Assembly: GCA_963757605.1 (NCBI GenBank)
Contig: CAVWSF010000002.1
Coordinates: 146,619-210,618 of the forward strand
Origin: an uncultured Actinomycetes bacterium
GTDB lineage: Bacteria > Actinomycetota > Thermoleophilia > Gaiellales > JAICJC01
Direction of reading: 5' to 3'
Length of the DNA stretch: 64,000 bases
The notes beneath the pieces were generated by a model that was not told the DNA's origin, ran no database searches, and saw nothing but the letters and a program-made list of their open reading frames with translations. Shown in pieces: positions 39,749-48,525 of this stretch. Each line of letters opens with the position of its first letter. Positions within the stretch are counted from its first letter, which is position 1. The translations under genes and the position numbers were made by a program.

Positions 39749-41107
39749 TCACCGGGCCTGCTTGATGCGCGCCGTGAGCTCCTGGACGACGTTGAACGCC
39801 TCGCGGTCCTCCCGGATCAGGCGCGTGACGCGGTTCACGCCGTACATGACCGTCGCGTGGTCGCGGCCGCCGAACTTGGCGCCGATCTTGGGAAGTGACT
39901 GGTCGGTCAGCTCGCGGCACAGGTACATCGCGACGTGACGCGGCAGGACGATGGACTGCGGGCGCTTGTCACCGCGGAGGTCGACCAGGGTCACACCGTA
40001 GGCGTCGCAGACGGCCTGCTGGATCTGCTCGATCGTGATCGACCTGCGCTCGCCGCCCGGGAAGACGTCCTTCAGCACCTCGCGCGCGACATCCACCGAG
40101 ATCGGCCGGCCCGTGAGCGAGGCATAGGCGATGACGCGCGTGAGCGCGCCCTCGAGCTCGCGGATGTTCGACGTCACCCGGTCGGCGATGAACGTCAGCA
40201 CGTCGGGCTCGGACACGCGCAGGTCCTCGGTCACGACCTTCTTGCGGAGGATCGCGATGCGCGTCTCGAGGTCGGGCGGCTGGACGTCGGTGATGAGCCC
40301 CCACTCGAACCGCGTGCGGAGGCGCGCCTCGAGCGTCGCGAGCTCGCGCGGCTGCCGATCCGACGAGATGATGATCTGCTTGCCGGCCTCGTACAGGCTG
40401 TTGAAGGTGTGGAAAAACTCCTCCTGCAGCTGGTTCTTGCCTTCGATGAACTGAATATCATCGATTAGCAGAACGTCACATGATCTATAGCGTCCTTTGA
40501 ATCCGACCATGCTTTTGTCCCGCAAAGCATCGACAAACTCGTTGAGGACAGTCTCGGTCGTCACGTAGCGGACGGTCAGATACGGATGCTGCTGCCGGAC
40601 GTACTGCGCGACGGCCTGGAGCAGGTGAGTTTTCCCCAGGCCCGTCGAGCCGTAGATGAAGAGTGGGTTGAACGCCTGCGCCGGCGCCTCGGCCACCGCA
40701 AGGGCGGCGGCGTGGGCAAACCGGTTCGACGGCCCGATCACGAAGAGGTCGAACGTGTAGCGCGGATTCAGCATCCCGGCCTGCGGCGGCGGGGCCGGGA
40801 CCGGCTGCGGCTCGGGCTCGGGCTCGGGCTCCTGCTCCGCGGCGGCCCGGAAGGCCTCCGAGACGGCGACGCGCAGCTCGACAACGAGCTCGTGCTCGGC
40901 GGCCGCGGCGTTCAGGAGGCTGCCGAAGTGCCCCTCGATCCAGGTCTTCGTGAACTCGTTGGGAACGCCGACGACCAGCCGCTCGTCGCTGGCCTCCAGG
41001 GCCTCGGTCCCACCGAACCACGTCTCGTACGTGCTGGGGTTGAGCGCCTCGCGCAATCGTTGCGAGATGGTCTCCCAGGTCCTGGTGGCAGCCGCGTCGG
41101 AGGTCAT
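39749..41107 (-). CDS. dnaA: Chromosomal replication initiator protein DnaA
   Basis: Motifs YTFDLFVIGPSNRFAHAAA, Walker A GSTGLGKTHLL, Walker B LLIDDIQF and C-terminal DNA-binding ..GGRDHATVMY. ATG 41107 lies within ORF 39749..41329. Confidence 0.95.
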   Translation of the reverse strand: MTSDAAATRTWETISQRLREALNPSTYETWFGGTEALEASDERLVVGVPNEFTKTWIEGHFGSLLNAAAAEHELVVELRVAVSEAFRAAAEQEPEPEPEPQPVPAPPPQAGMLNPRYTFDLFVIGPSNRFAHAAALAVAEAPAQAFNPLFIYGSTGLGKTHLLQAVAQYVRQQHPYLTVRYVTTETVLNEFVDALRDKSMVGFKGRYRSCDVLLIDDIQFIEGKNQLQEEFFHTFNSLYEAGKQIIISSDRQPRELATLEARLRTRFEWGLITDVQPPDLETRIAILRKKVVTEDLRVSEPDVLTFIADRVTSNIRELEGALTRVIAYASLTGRPISVDVAREVLKDVFPGGERRSITIEQIQQAVCDAYGVTLVDLRGDKRPQSIVLPRHVAMYLCRELTDQSLPKIGAKFGGRDHATVMYGVNRVTRLIREDREAFNVVQELTARIKQAR

Positions 41108-41369
41108 CGACGCTGGCGAGTCTACGCTGTCCGACCCCCGGCGGCAACCGAGGTCGGAGGCCCGAATTTCCGCTATTTTACGCGGTTTCCAGGGGTTTTC
41201 GAAAGTACTCAACAGCTTCATCCACAGCTGTGGAAATCTCCTCCTCCTGAGATCGAGAGCGGTGGAAAGCGGACGTTTCCGGGCGGTTTGTGCTCGACGT
41301 GACGGAGCGGGCCCGGCGCATTTCCACACCCGGTCTCAATCGCCCGCTGCTCTATACTGACCGCCGCCG
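41108..41369. other. Candidate oriC module / dnaA-rpmH promoter region with DnaA boxes
   Basis: Convergent boxes TCATCCACA (41218-41226) and TGTGGAAAT (41229-41237) are separated by 2 nt. ATTTCCACA is at 41320-41328. AT-richer DNA spans 41165-41215. TATACT at 41353-41358 lies upstream of rpmH. Confidence 0.55.
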
Positions 41370-41504
41370 ATGAAGCGCACCTACCAGCCCAACACCCGCA
41401 AGCGCGCGAAGACGCACGGATTCCGCAAGCGCATGAGCACCCGAGCCGGCCGTGCCGTGCTCAAGCGCCGGCGGGCGCGTGGGCGCAAGCGTCTGTCCGC
41501 ATAG
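41370..41504 (+). CDS. rpmH: 50S ribosomal protein L34
   Basis: Not in the ORF track because it is under 60 aa. The translation is [44 protein letters not shown]. Confidence 0.95.
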   Translation: MKRTYQPNTRKRAKTHGFRKRMSTRAGRAVLKRRRARGRKRLSA

Positions 41505-41509
41505 CCTCC

Positions 41510-41890
41510 GTGAGCACCCCGTCGATCCCACCGCCCGGCCGGCGCGGCCGCCTGTCGCGGGCCGCGGAGTTCGATGCCGTGAGCCAGCTCGGCCGGTCCG
41601 TGGGGGGTCGCTACCTCGTGCTGCGCTACCGGCGCCGGGACGACGACGGCGGGCCGCGCGTCGGGTGGGCCGTTCCCCGCAAGGTTGGCCCGGCCGTCGA
41701 CCGAAACGCCGTGAAGCGGCGCCTGCGCGAGGCGGTCGCCCGGCAGGACGAGCTGCTTCGGCCCGCGACGGACTACGTGCTCATCGCCCGCCCCGGCATC
41801 GGGCCGGCGGCCGAGGCCCAGGGCTTCGACTGGCTGTGCGGCCAGGTCGAGGAGCTCCTGCGCGCGGTCGAGCCGGAGCCGGTCGCGTGA
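41510..41890 (+). CDS. rnpA: Ribonuclease P protein component
   Basis: A basic 126-aa protein immediately after rpmH, with ..[11 protein letters not shown].. and ..[20 protein letters not shown].. Confidence 0.85.
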   Translation: MSTPSIPPPGRRGRLSRAAEFDAVSQLGRSVGGRYLVLRYRRRDDDGGPRVGWAVPRKVGPAVDRNAVKRRLREAVARQDELLRPATDYVLIARPGIGPAAEAQGFDWLCGQVEELLRAVEPEPVA

Positions 41891-42141
41891 TCCGCCTACT
41901 CGTCGTGGCGCTGCTGCGCCTGGTGCGGCTCGCGTTCATGCCGTTCGTCGCGATGACGTCGATCACCCCGCGCGTGTGCAAGTACGAGCCCACGTGCTCG
42001 CACTACGCCGAGCAGGCGGTCCGCCGCCACGGCGTCGTGCGCGGCCTGTCCCTCGCGGCCTGGCGTCTTCTGCGCTGCAACCCGTGGTCGAAGGGCGGCT
42101 ACGACCCGGTGCCGGGCGATGACCGGGAGGTGCCGGCGTGA
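41887..42141 (+). CDS. yidD: Membrane protein insertion efficiency factor YidD
   Basis: Motifs [17 protein letters not shown] and [14 protein letters not shown]. The GTG start overlaps the rnpA stop (GTGA). Confidence 0.9.
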   Translation: MIRLLVVALLRLVRLAFMPFVAMTSITPRVCKYEPTCSHYAEQAVRRHGVVRGLSLAAWRLLRCNPWSKGGYDPVPGDDREVPA

Positions 42142-42947
42142 TCTTCGGCATCATCGTGCTCGAGCAGGTCGAGTCGGTCATCAAGAGCGTGCTCACGACC
42201 TACCACGACCACATCGCCTCGTGGGGCCTCTGCATCATCCTGCTGACGTTCACGGTGCGGCTCGTGATCCTGCCGCTGACGATCAAGCAGTTCCGGTCGA
42301 TGGCGGCGATGCAGACGATCCAGCCCAAGGTCAAGCAGCTCCAGAACAAGTACAAGGGCAAGACCGACCGCGACAGCAAGCAGCAGATGCAGAAGGAGCT
42401 GATGGACCTCTACAAGGAGCACGGCGTGAACCCGTTCGCGTCGTGCCTGCCGCTCGTCGCGCAGCTCCCGGTGTTCATCGGCCTCTATCAGGTGCTGCGA
42501 AACCAGATCGAGCCGACGCCGGTCAAGTCCTTCCTCGGGATCGAGGACATCTTCCAGAAGCTCTCGACCATCGGCGGCATCACCGAGTACCTCATCATCG
42601 CGCTCTACGTCGGGACGATGCTCGGGTCGACGCTGCTCTTCTCGTTCGTCACCGATCGCCAGCAGAAGTACATGTTCGCGGCGATGCCGATCTTCTTCAT
42701 CCCGTTCGTGATCGGGGTGCCGGCCGGGGTGATGATCTACTGGATCACGACCAACGTCTGGACGATGTGCCAGCAGGGGGTCATCAAGCGCACGATGGGC
42801 CACAGGCTGCGACCGGCAACAGCGGGCGCCGCCGCGGTGGCGCCCAAGGCGACCGGCAGCCGCACGCCGCCGTCGCCGACCAGCCGGCGCAGCCAGGGCG
42901 GCGGAGGCGGGCGCAAGCGCCGCCGCGGCGGCGGGCGGCGGCGATGA
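42138..42947 (+). CDS. yidC: Membrane protein insertase YidC (short form) with basic C-terminal tail
   Basis: Motifs [42 protein letters not shown] and a K/R-rich tail. The GTG start overlaps the yidD stop. Confidence 0.9.
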   Translation: MIFGIIVLEQVESVIKSVLTTYHDHIASWGLCIILLTFTVRLVILPLTIKQFRSMAAMQTIQPKVKQLQNKYKGKTDRDSKQQMQKELMDLYKEHGVNPFASCLPLVAQLPVFIGLYQVLRNQIEPTPVKSFLGIEDIFQKLSTIGGITEYLIIALYVGTMLGSTLLFSFVTDRQQKYMFAAMPIFFIPFVIGVPAGVMIYWITTNVWTMCQQGVIKRTMGHRLRPATAGAAAVAPKATGSRTPPSPTSRRSQGGGGGRKRRRGGGRRR

Positions 42948-43672
42948 CCGAGCCACCGGTGCACGTCGAGGCCACGGGCGAGACGGTGGGCGAGGCCCGC
43001 TGGGCGGCGCTGCACGAGCTCGAGCGCCGCTACCCCGCGCTCGACCGCACTGCCGTCGAGTTCGTCGTGCTCTCGGAGGGCCAGCGCGGCCTCCTTGGGG
43101 TGGGCTACGAGCCGGCCCGCGTGATCGCCACGCTGTCGGGCGAGCCGCCGGCCGAAGCGGCGACGGCCCCGCGTGAGGTCGAGTCGAACCCGAACGACTC
43201 GCCGGCGGCGGCCCGGATCCGCGCGCTCATGGGCCAGGTCGTCGACGGGCTCGGGCTGGATGCATCCGTCCGGTTGGCCGAGTCCGAGGAGCGGGTGACC
43301 GTGACGGTGACGGGCGACGACCTGGGCCTCTTCATCGGCCGGCATGGCCACACCATCGATGCCGTCCAGTACCTCGCGAACGCGATCGTCCACCGGCACG
43401 AGGAGACGGCGGTCGACGTGGTCGTCGACGCCCAGGGCTATCGCGCGCGGCGCGAGCGGACGCTGCGTGACGTCGCCGCCCGAGCCGCCGCCGACGCGAT
43501 GCGCACCGGCGAACCCGTGCCGCTCGAGCCGATGTCGTCGGTTGAGCGCAAGATCGTCCACGTGTACCTGAAGGCTGAGGTGCCCCGCGTCCGCACCGCC
43601 AGCGAGGGTGCGGAGCCGAACCGGCACGTCGTCGTGCTGCCGGCCGAGGCCGGCGAGCCGCCCGAGGTGTAA
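42944..43672 (+). CDS. jag: Jag/KhpB-like RNA-binding protein (Jag_N, KH, R3H)
   Basis: KH-like GLFIGRHGHTIDAVQYL and R3H-like LEPMSSVERKIVHVYL. The ATG overlaps the yidC stop (ATGA). Confidence 0.85.
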   Translation: MTEPPVHVEATGETVGEARWAALHELERRYPALDRTAVEFVVLSEGQRGLLGVGYEPARVIATLSGEPPAEAATAPREVESNPNDSPAAARIRALMGQVVDGLGLDASVRLAESEERVTVTVTGDDLGLFIGRHGHTIDAVQYLANAIVHRHEETAVDVVVDAQGYRARRERTLRDVAARAAADAMRTGEPVPLEPMSSVERKIVHVYLKAEVPRVRTASEGAEPNRHVVVLPAEAGEPPEV

Positions 43673-43675
43673 AAC

Positions 43676-44356
43676 GTGAAACACCCCGACTCGAGGTTGC
43701 GGGCCTACTGCGACCTCGTCGTCGCCGAGCCGACGTCCGTCACCGCGGTGCGCGCGCCGGAGCAGGCCTGGGAGGTGCTCGTCGAGGACGCGCTCGCGGC
43801 GGCTGACCTCGTGGCCGGGCTGGGCGGCGCCGAGGCGGTGGACGTCGGGTCGGGCGGCGGCAGCCCGGGGATCCCGCTCGCGCTCGCGCTCGGCCTCGAG
43901 ACGACGCTTCTCGAGGCCACGGGCACCAAGAGCCGGTTCCTCGAGCGGGCCGTGGCCGCACTGGGCGCGCCGTGCACGGTCGTCCACGCCCGGTCCGAGG
44001 AGTACGCCCGCGGCGCCGGCCGCGACCGCTTCCCGCTTGTGTTCGCCCGTGCGCTCGCGCCCCCGCCCGTGGCCGCAGAGCTCGTGCTCCCGCTGGTCGT
44101 GCAGGGCGGTGCGGCGATCCTCTGGACAGGTGCTCAGATCGACATCGCTGCGTTGGAGGCGACGGCGGCGCTCATCCAGGGGACGGTCGAGGTCGTCCAC
44201 GACGTTGCCTCGTCACGGCGCCTGGTGGTCCTGCGGAAGGTCGCGGCGACCCCGGAACGGTTTCCACGCCGTCCCGGGATCGCCCGTGCGCGCCCGCTTA
44301 CGCCGCCCGCTGCCAGGTCATCATCTCGCGGGTCAGCGCCGCCGATGCAGCGTTGA
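43676..44356 (+). CDS. rsmG: 16S rRNA (guanine527-N7)-methyltransferase
   Basis: The SAM motif is VDVGSGGGSPGIPLAL and the C-terminal segment is ..RKVAATPERFPRRPGIARARPL. An 18-aa tail overlaps the convergent CZB gene. Confidence 0.85.
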   Translation: MKHPDSRLRAYCDLVVAEPTSVTAVRAPEQAWEVLVEDALAAADLVAGLGGAEAVDVGSGGGSPGIPLALALGLETTLLEATGTKSRFLERAVAALGAPCTVVHARSEEYARGAGRDRFPLVFARALAPPPVAAELVLPLVVQGGAAILWTGAQIDIAALEATAALIQGTVEVVHDVASSRRLVVLRKVAATPERFPRRPGIARARPLTPPAARSSSRGSAPPMQR

Positions 44357-44669
44357 GCTCGCCGCCACCGGCCTCCAGCAGCTGCTCGGCCTCGTCCTTG
44401 TGGCCGGCGAGCGCCAGCCTGAGCACCTCTGCCGCCGCCTTGTGGAAGCACGCGTGCAGCTCGAGGCAGGTCTGGTGCTGCGGAGACTGGGCGTGCGCTG
44501 CGGGCACGCCGCCGTGGAGCCACTTGCCGAACTCGCAGACGTTGTCCCGGGCCGCCGTCGAGCCGTTCACGTCGGACGAACCGGTGTCGATCGCTTCGCG
44601 GAGCCGCCGCTGCCAGCCCGCGTGGGCGGCCACCGCGCGGGTGATGTGGGTGTTCGTGTCTTGGCCCAT
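44298..44669 (-). CDS. Stand-alone chemoreceptor zinc-binding (CZB) domain protein
   Basis: The CZB pattern is AAHAGWQRRL ... CEFGKWLHG ... LHACFHKAA. ATG 44669 lies within ORF 44298..44732. 123 aa. Confidence 0.7.
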   Translation of the reverse strand: MGQDTNTHITRAVAAHAGWQRRLREAIDTGSSDVNGSTAARDNVCEFGKWLHGGVPAAHAQSPQHQTCLELHACFHKAAAEVLRLALAGHKDEAEQLLEAGGGELNAASAALTREMMTWQRAA

Positions 44670-44789
44670 GCATCTGTCGTCGGTGCGCACGAGGCGGCGT
44701 GAATCCGCCGGTGCGGTGAAACGCGCGCACACTCTGCGGGTCGTGATCGCTCGTGCGCGTCCGCTTCTGCCGGTACCATCGTCCTCAGC

Positions 44790-45551
44790 ATGAGCTCACG
44801 CGTGTACGCGCTTGCCAACCAGAAGGGCGGCGTCGGCAAGACCACCACCGCCATCAACATGGCCGCGTGCGTGGCCGAGGCGGGGACGCGCGTGCTCCTG
44901 ATTGACATGGATCCGCAGGCCAATGCCACCACCGGCCTGGGATTCCGTCCCGATCAGCTCGAGGGGAGCACGTATGACCTGCTCCACGGCCGTCCACTGA
45001 ACTCGGTCATCATCGAGACGGCGGTCCCGAATCTGTATCTGGCGCCGTCGCATCCCGACCTGGCGGCGGCCCAGGTCGAGATCCCCGGCGGCGCCGACCA
45101 CGGCACGCTCCTTCGCGACCTCCTGGCGGGCACCGAGGAGCGCTTCCCGTACGTGTTCGTCGACTGCCCGCCGTCGCTCGGCCTGCTCACCGTGAACGCG
45201 CTCGCGGCTGCGAACCGGCTGATCGTGCCGGTGCAGTGCGAGTACTACGCGCTCGAGGGCCTGGCGCAGCTCCTCCAGAGCGTCGAGCTGGTGCGCACGC
45301 GCATCAACCCGCGGCTGGGCGTCACGGGCGTGCTCCTCACGATGTTCGACGGCCGCACCCGCCTGGCCTCCGATGTCGCCAGCGAGGTGCGAAACTACTT
45401 CGGACCACTCGTGTTCGACACCGTCGTCCCCCGCAGCGTGCGCCTCGCCGAGGCGCCCAGTCACGGCCTTCCGATCTCCCGGTACGACTCCAGCTCGCCC
45501 GGCGCCGATGCCTACTACCGGGTCGCGATGGAGGTTGTCGAGCGTGGCTGA
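44790..45551 (+). CDS. parA: Chromosome partitioning ATPase ParA/Soj
   Basis: Deviant Walker A NQKGGVGKTTT, followed by DCPPSLG. Confidence 0.95.
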   Translation: MSSRVYALANQKGGVGKTTTAINMAACVAEAGTRVLLIDMDPQANATTGLGFRPDQLEGSTYDLLHGRPLNSVIIETAVPNLYLAPSHPDLAAAQVEIPGGADHGTLLRDLLAGTEERFPYVFVDCPPSLGLLTVNALAAANRLIVPVQCEYYALEGLAQLLQSVELVRTRINPRLGVTGVLLTMFDGRTRLASDVASEVRNYFGPLVFDTVVPRSVRLAEAPSHGLPISRYDSSSPGADAYYRVAMEVVERG

Positions 45552-46422
45552 GAGCACCAAGCCGCGCGGGCTGGGCCGGGGGCTCGCGGCGCTCGTGGCC
45601 GAGTTCCCGGGCGGCGGCACGGCGTCCGTCGAGATCGAGGTCGACCGCATTCGGCCCAACGTCCGCCAGCCTCGGCACACGTTCGACGACGACGCCCTCC
45701 ACGCGCTTTCCGAGTCGATCAAGGCCGCGGGCCTGGTGCAGCCTATCGTCGTGCGCGATACCGGCGACGGCTTCGAGATCGTGGCCGGCGAGCGCCGCTG
45801 GCGGGCCGCGCGCCAGGCCGGGCTCACGACGATCCCGGCCATCGTCCGTCAGGCCGACGAGCGCGAGGCCCTGATCCTGGCGCTGGCCGAGAACGTGGCC
45901 CGCGAGGACCTGAACGCGGTCGAGTTGGCCCGTGCCTACGCCGTCCTTTCCGACGAGCTCGATCTGTCCCAGACCGAGATCGCACGCCGGGTCGGCCGCA
46001 GCCGGCCCGCGATCGCGAACACGCTGCGCCTGCTCGAGCTGCCCGACGGCGTGCTCGGGCTGATCGTCGCGGGCGACCTGTCCGAAGGGCACGGCCGGGC
46101 GCTCTTGCTCGCGAGCGGGCACGACGAGCGGGCGGCGCTGGCGCGCCGCGCCGTCGACCGCGGCTGGTCGGTGCGCGACACCGAGGCCGCCGCCCGCGGC
46201 ACCGGCAAGAAGCCGGCCAAGCCGGCCCGCCGCTCCTCGGGTGCCATGGACGAGGAGCTGGCCCACCTCGCGGTCGACGCCGCCTGGCAGTCGCTCAACC
46301 TGCGCGCCTCGGTGCGCCGCGGTCCGCGCGGGGGCAGGGTCGAGATCCACTTCACGACGCCCGCCGAGCTGGGCAGAATCGTCGACCAGTTGCGGGCCGA
46401 ACGGGTTTCCTGGGCTGACTGA
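45544..46422 (+). CDS. parB: Chromosome partitioning protein ParB/Spo0J
   Basis: Motifs RGLGRGLAAL, GERRWRAA and an HTH LSQTEIARRVGRSRPAIANTLRLL. GTG 45544 overlaps the parA end by 8 nt. Confidence 0.92.
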   Translation: MAESTKPRGLGRGLAALVAEFPGGGTASVEIEVDRIRPNVRQPRHTFDDDALHALSESIKAAGLVQPIVVRDTGDGFEIVAGERRWRAARQAGLTTIPAIVRQADEREALILALAENVAREDLNAVELARAYAVLSDELDLSQTEIARRVGRSRPAIANTLRLLELPDGVLGLIVAGDLSEGHGRALLLASGHDERAALARRAVDRGWSVRDTEAAARGTGKKPAKPARRSSGAMDEELAHLAVDAAWQSLNLRASVRRGPRGGRVEIHFTTPAELGRIVDQLRAERVSWAD

Positions 46423-46448
46423 GCGGGTGGTATCCTGCCCTCGCTCTC

Positions 46449-46522
46449 GGGCGATTAGCTCAGTCGGTTAGAGCGCCGCTCTGATAAGGCGGAGGTCCCT
46501 GGTTCGAGTCCAGGATCGCCCA
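46449..46522 (+). tRNA. tRNA-Ile (anticodon GAT)
   Basis: The cloverleaf was read by hand. The acceptor is GGGCGAT/ATCGCCC, the D arm GCTC-AGTCGGTTA-GAGC, and the anticodon arm CCGCT-CTGATAA-GGCGG. The T arm is CCTGG-TTCGAGT-CCAGG, the discriminator is A, and no CCA is encoded. Confidence 0.9.
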
Positions 46523-46529
46523 TCTCGAG

Positions 46530-47111
46530 ATGCCGACTCGCTGCACCTGGGTTCCGGCGGGCGATCCGCTGTACGCCGCCTACCACGACGAGGAGTGGGG
46601 GGTGCCGTCGCGCGACGAGGGCCACCTGTACGAGATGCTCGTGCTCGAGGGCGCCCAGGCCGGGCTCTCCTGGTCGACCATCCTGCGCAAGCGCGAGGGC
46701 TACCGGCAGGCGTTTGCCGGGTTCGACGCCGACCGTGTGGCCCGCTTCGGCCCGGCCGACGTCGAGCGGTTGATGGCCGATTCCGGCATCGTGCGAAACC
46801 GGCTCAAGATCGAGTCGGCGATCGCGAACGCCCGGGCCGTCCTCGCGATCCGCGAGGAGGACGGCGGCCTGGCCGGCTACCTGTGGAGCTTCGTCGGGGG
46901 CTCCCCGGTGCAGAACGCCTGGGCGACGACCGCGGAGATCCCCGCCGAGACGCCGGAGTCCAAGGCGATGAGCCACGACCTCAAGCGGCGCGGGTTCCGC
47001 TTCGTCGGCCCGACGGTCTGCTACGCGTTCATGCAGGCCACGGGACTCGTGAACGACCACACCGTCGATTGCGACCGGTACGCCTCGGTGCAGCGGATTG
47101 CCGGGACGTGA
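46530..47111 (+). CDS. tag: DNA-3-methyladenine glycosylase I
   Basis: Motifs YHDEEWGVP, LVLEGAQAGLSWSTIL and VRNRLKIES. Confidence 0.9.
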   Translation: MPTRCTWVPAGDPLYAAYHDEEWGVPSRDEGHLYEMLVLEGAQAGLSWSTILRKREGYRQAFAGFDADRVARFGPADVERLMADSGIVRNRLKIESAIANARAVLAIREEDGGLAGYLWSFVGGSPVQNAWATTAEIPAETPESKAMSHDLKRRGFRFVGPTVCYAFMQATGLVNDHTVDCDRYASVQRIAGT

Positions 47112-47130
47112 TCATCTAGACTCGCGCCTC

Positions 47131-48492
47131 GTGGCCGAGAGCGGGCTCGATCTCACCCCGGCGCAGATGCGCGAGTTGGGGTATGCGGCGGTCGACGCGG
47201 TCGTCGAGCACCTGACCACCCTTCGGGACGGCCCCACGTTCACCCCGCCCCCGCCCGACCTGGCCGAGCGGATCCTGGAGCCCCCGCCCGAGGACGGTAG
47301 CGACCCCGTCGAGCTCCTGAGGTGGCTGCGCTCCGAGGTGCTGTCGGCGGGCGTGCGAAACCACCACCCGGGGATGTTCGCGTTCATCCCCGTGGCGCCG
47401 ACCTTCCCGGGTGTCGTCGCCGACATGCTTGCCGCGGGCATGAACGTCTTCGCCGGCAGCTTCCAGAGCGGGCCGGGTGCGTCGGTCGTTGAGCTCGAGG
47501 TGCTCGGCTGGTTCCGTGAGCTGCTTGGCCTGGCGCCGGCCTCCGAGGGCGTGATCGCAAGCGGCGGGTCGACCGCGAACCTGGTCGGCCTCGCGGTGGC
47601 GCGCGACCGCCGGCCCGACGGCGGCGCGAATCGGGTCGCCTACACCACGAGCGAGGCCCACTCGTCGGTCGGCCGGGCGCTGGGACTCCTGGGGATGGAG
47701 CACGTGCACGACGTGGCCGTTGACGAGCGATTCGGCATGCGGCCCGGCGCCCTCTCGGAGGCGATGGCGGCCGACGTCGCCGCCGGGCGCGTGCCGTGGT
47801 GCGTGGTCGCCGCGGCCGGCACGACGAACACCGGTGCCATCGACGACCTTCCGGCGCTGCGGCGGGTGGCCGACGAGCACGGCGCCTGGCTCCACGTCGA
47901 CGCCGCCTACGGCGGCTTCCTCGCGCTGACCGAGCGCGGCCGCGCGGCGATGCCGGGGCTCGAGCTCGCCGACACGCTCGTCCTCGACGCGCACAAGTCG
48001 CTCTACTGCCCGCTCCTTGCAGGCATCGTCTTCGCCCGCGAGGGTGCCGACCTGGAGCGGACGTTCACGGTGCGGCCGGCGTACCTGAAGGACATGGATC
48101 ACTACGGGGGTGTCAACTTCGCGGATCGCGGCATCGAGCTCTCGCGCCCGTTCCGCGCGCTCAAGGTGTGGCTCACCGTGAAGACGTTCGGCCTGCGCGA
48201 GATCCGGGCGGCGCTCGACCGCAGCCTCGACCTCGGCCTCCTGGCCGCCCGGCTCGTCGACGAGTCGCCCGCGCTCGAGCTGGTGACCGGCCCGTCGCTG
48301 GGCGTCGTCAACTTCCGCTCGGCGGGCGGCGTCGCCGTCGAGCAGATGATGGCGGAGGTCATCTCGGCGGGCGCCTACATCAGCGCCACGACGGTGCACG
48401 GCGAGCGCACGGCTCGCATCTGCGCCCTCGGTCACCGGTCCGACGAGGCGGCTCTCAGGAGCGTCGTCGAGGCCGCCGCGGCCGCCCGCTGA
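47131..48492 (+). CDS. Pyridoxal-dependent (group II) amino-acid decarboxylase
   Basis: Motifs SGGSTANL, HVDAAYGG and the PLP-lysine motif DAHKSLY. The start is GTG 47131 or TTG 47098. Confidence 0.8.
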   Translation: MAESGLDLTPAQMRELGYAAVDAVVEHLTTLRDGPTFTPPPPDLAERILEPPPEDGSDPVELLRWLRSEVLSAGVRNHHPGMFAFIPVAPTFPGVVADMLAAGMNVFAGSFQSGPGASVVELEVLGWFRELLGLAPASEGVIASGGSTANLVGLAVARDRRPDGGANRVAYTTSEAHSSVGRALGLLGMEHVHDVAVDERFGMRPGALSEAMAADVAAGRVPWCVVAAAGTTNTGAIDDLPALRRVADEHGAWLHVDAAYGGFLALTERGRAAMPGLELADTLVLDAHKSLYCPLLAGIVFAREGADLERTFTVRPAYLKDMDHYGGVNFADRGIELSRPFRALKVWLTVKTFGLREIRAALDRSLDLGLLAARLVDESPALELVTGPSLGVVNFRSAGGVAVEQMMAEVISAGAYISATTVHGERTARICALGHRSDEAALRSVVEAAAAAR

Positions 48493-48525
48493 GCTCGCGA
48501 GGGCCGTGGCTATACTGGCCAAAGG

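Noticed and set aside
40809-40832. A hexanucleotide tandem repeat (GGCTCG x3 plus GGCTCC) inside dnaA.
   Set aside because: It simply encodes the EPEPEPEP stretch of the flexible domain II linker of DnaA. It is not a CRISPR or regulatory repeat. At most it is a length-polymorphic linker.
43664-43679. A parS-like sequence TGTAAAACGTGAAACA at the jag/rsmG junction, and a GTGAAAC half-site at 44715-44721 upstream of parA.
   Set aside because: It matches only 13 of 16 positions of TGTTTCACGTGAAACA, with all three mismatches in one half-site, so the palindrome is lost. I found no full parS in the window. It may be worth rechecking with a lineage-specific parS model.
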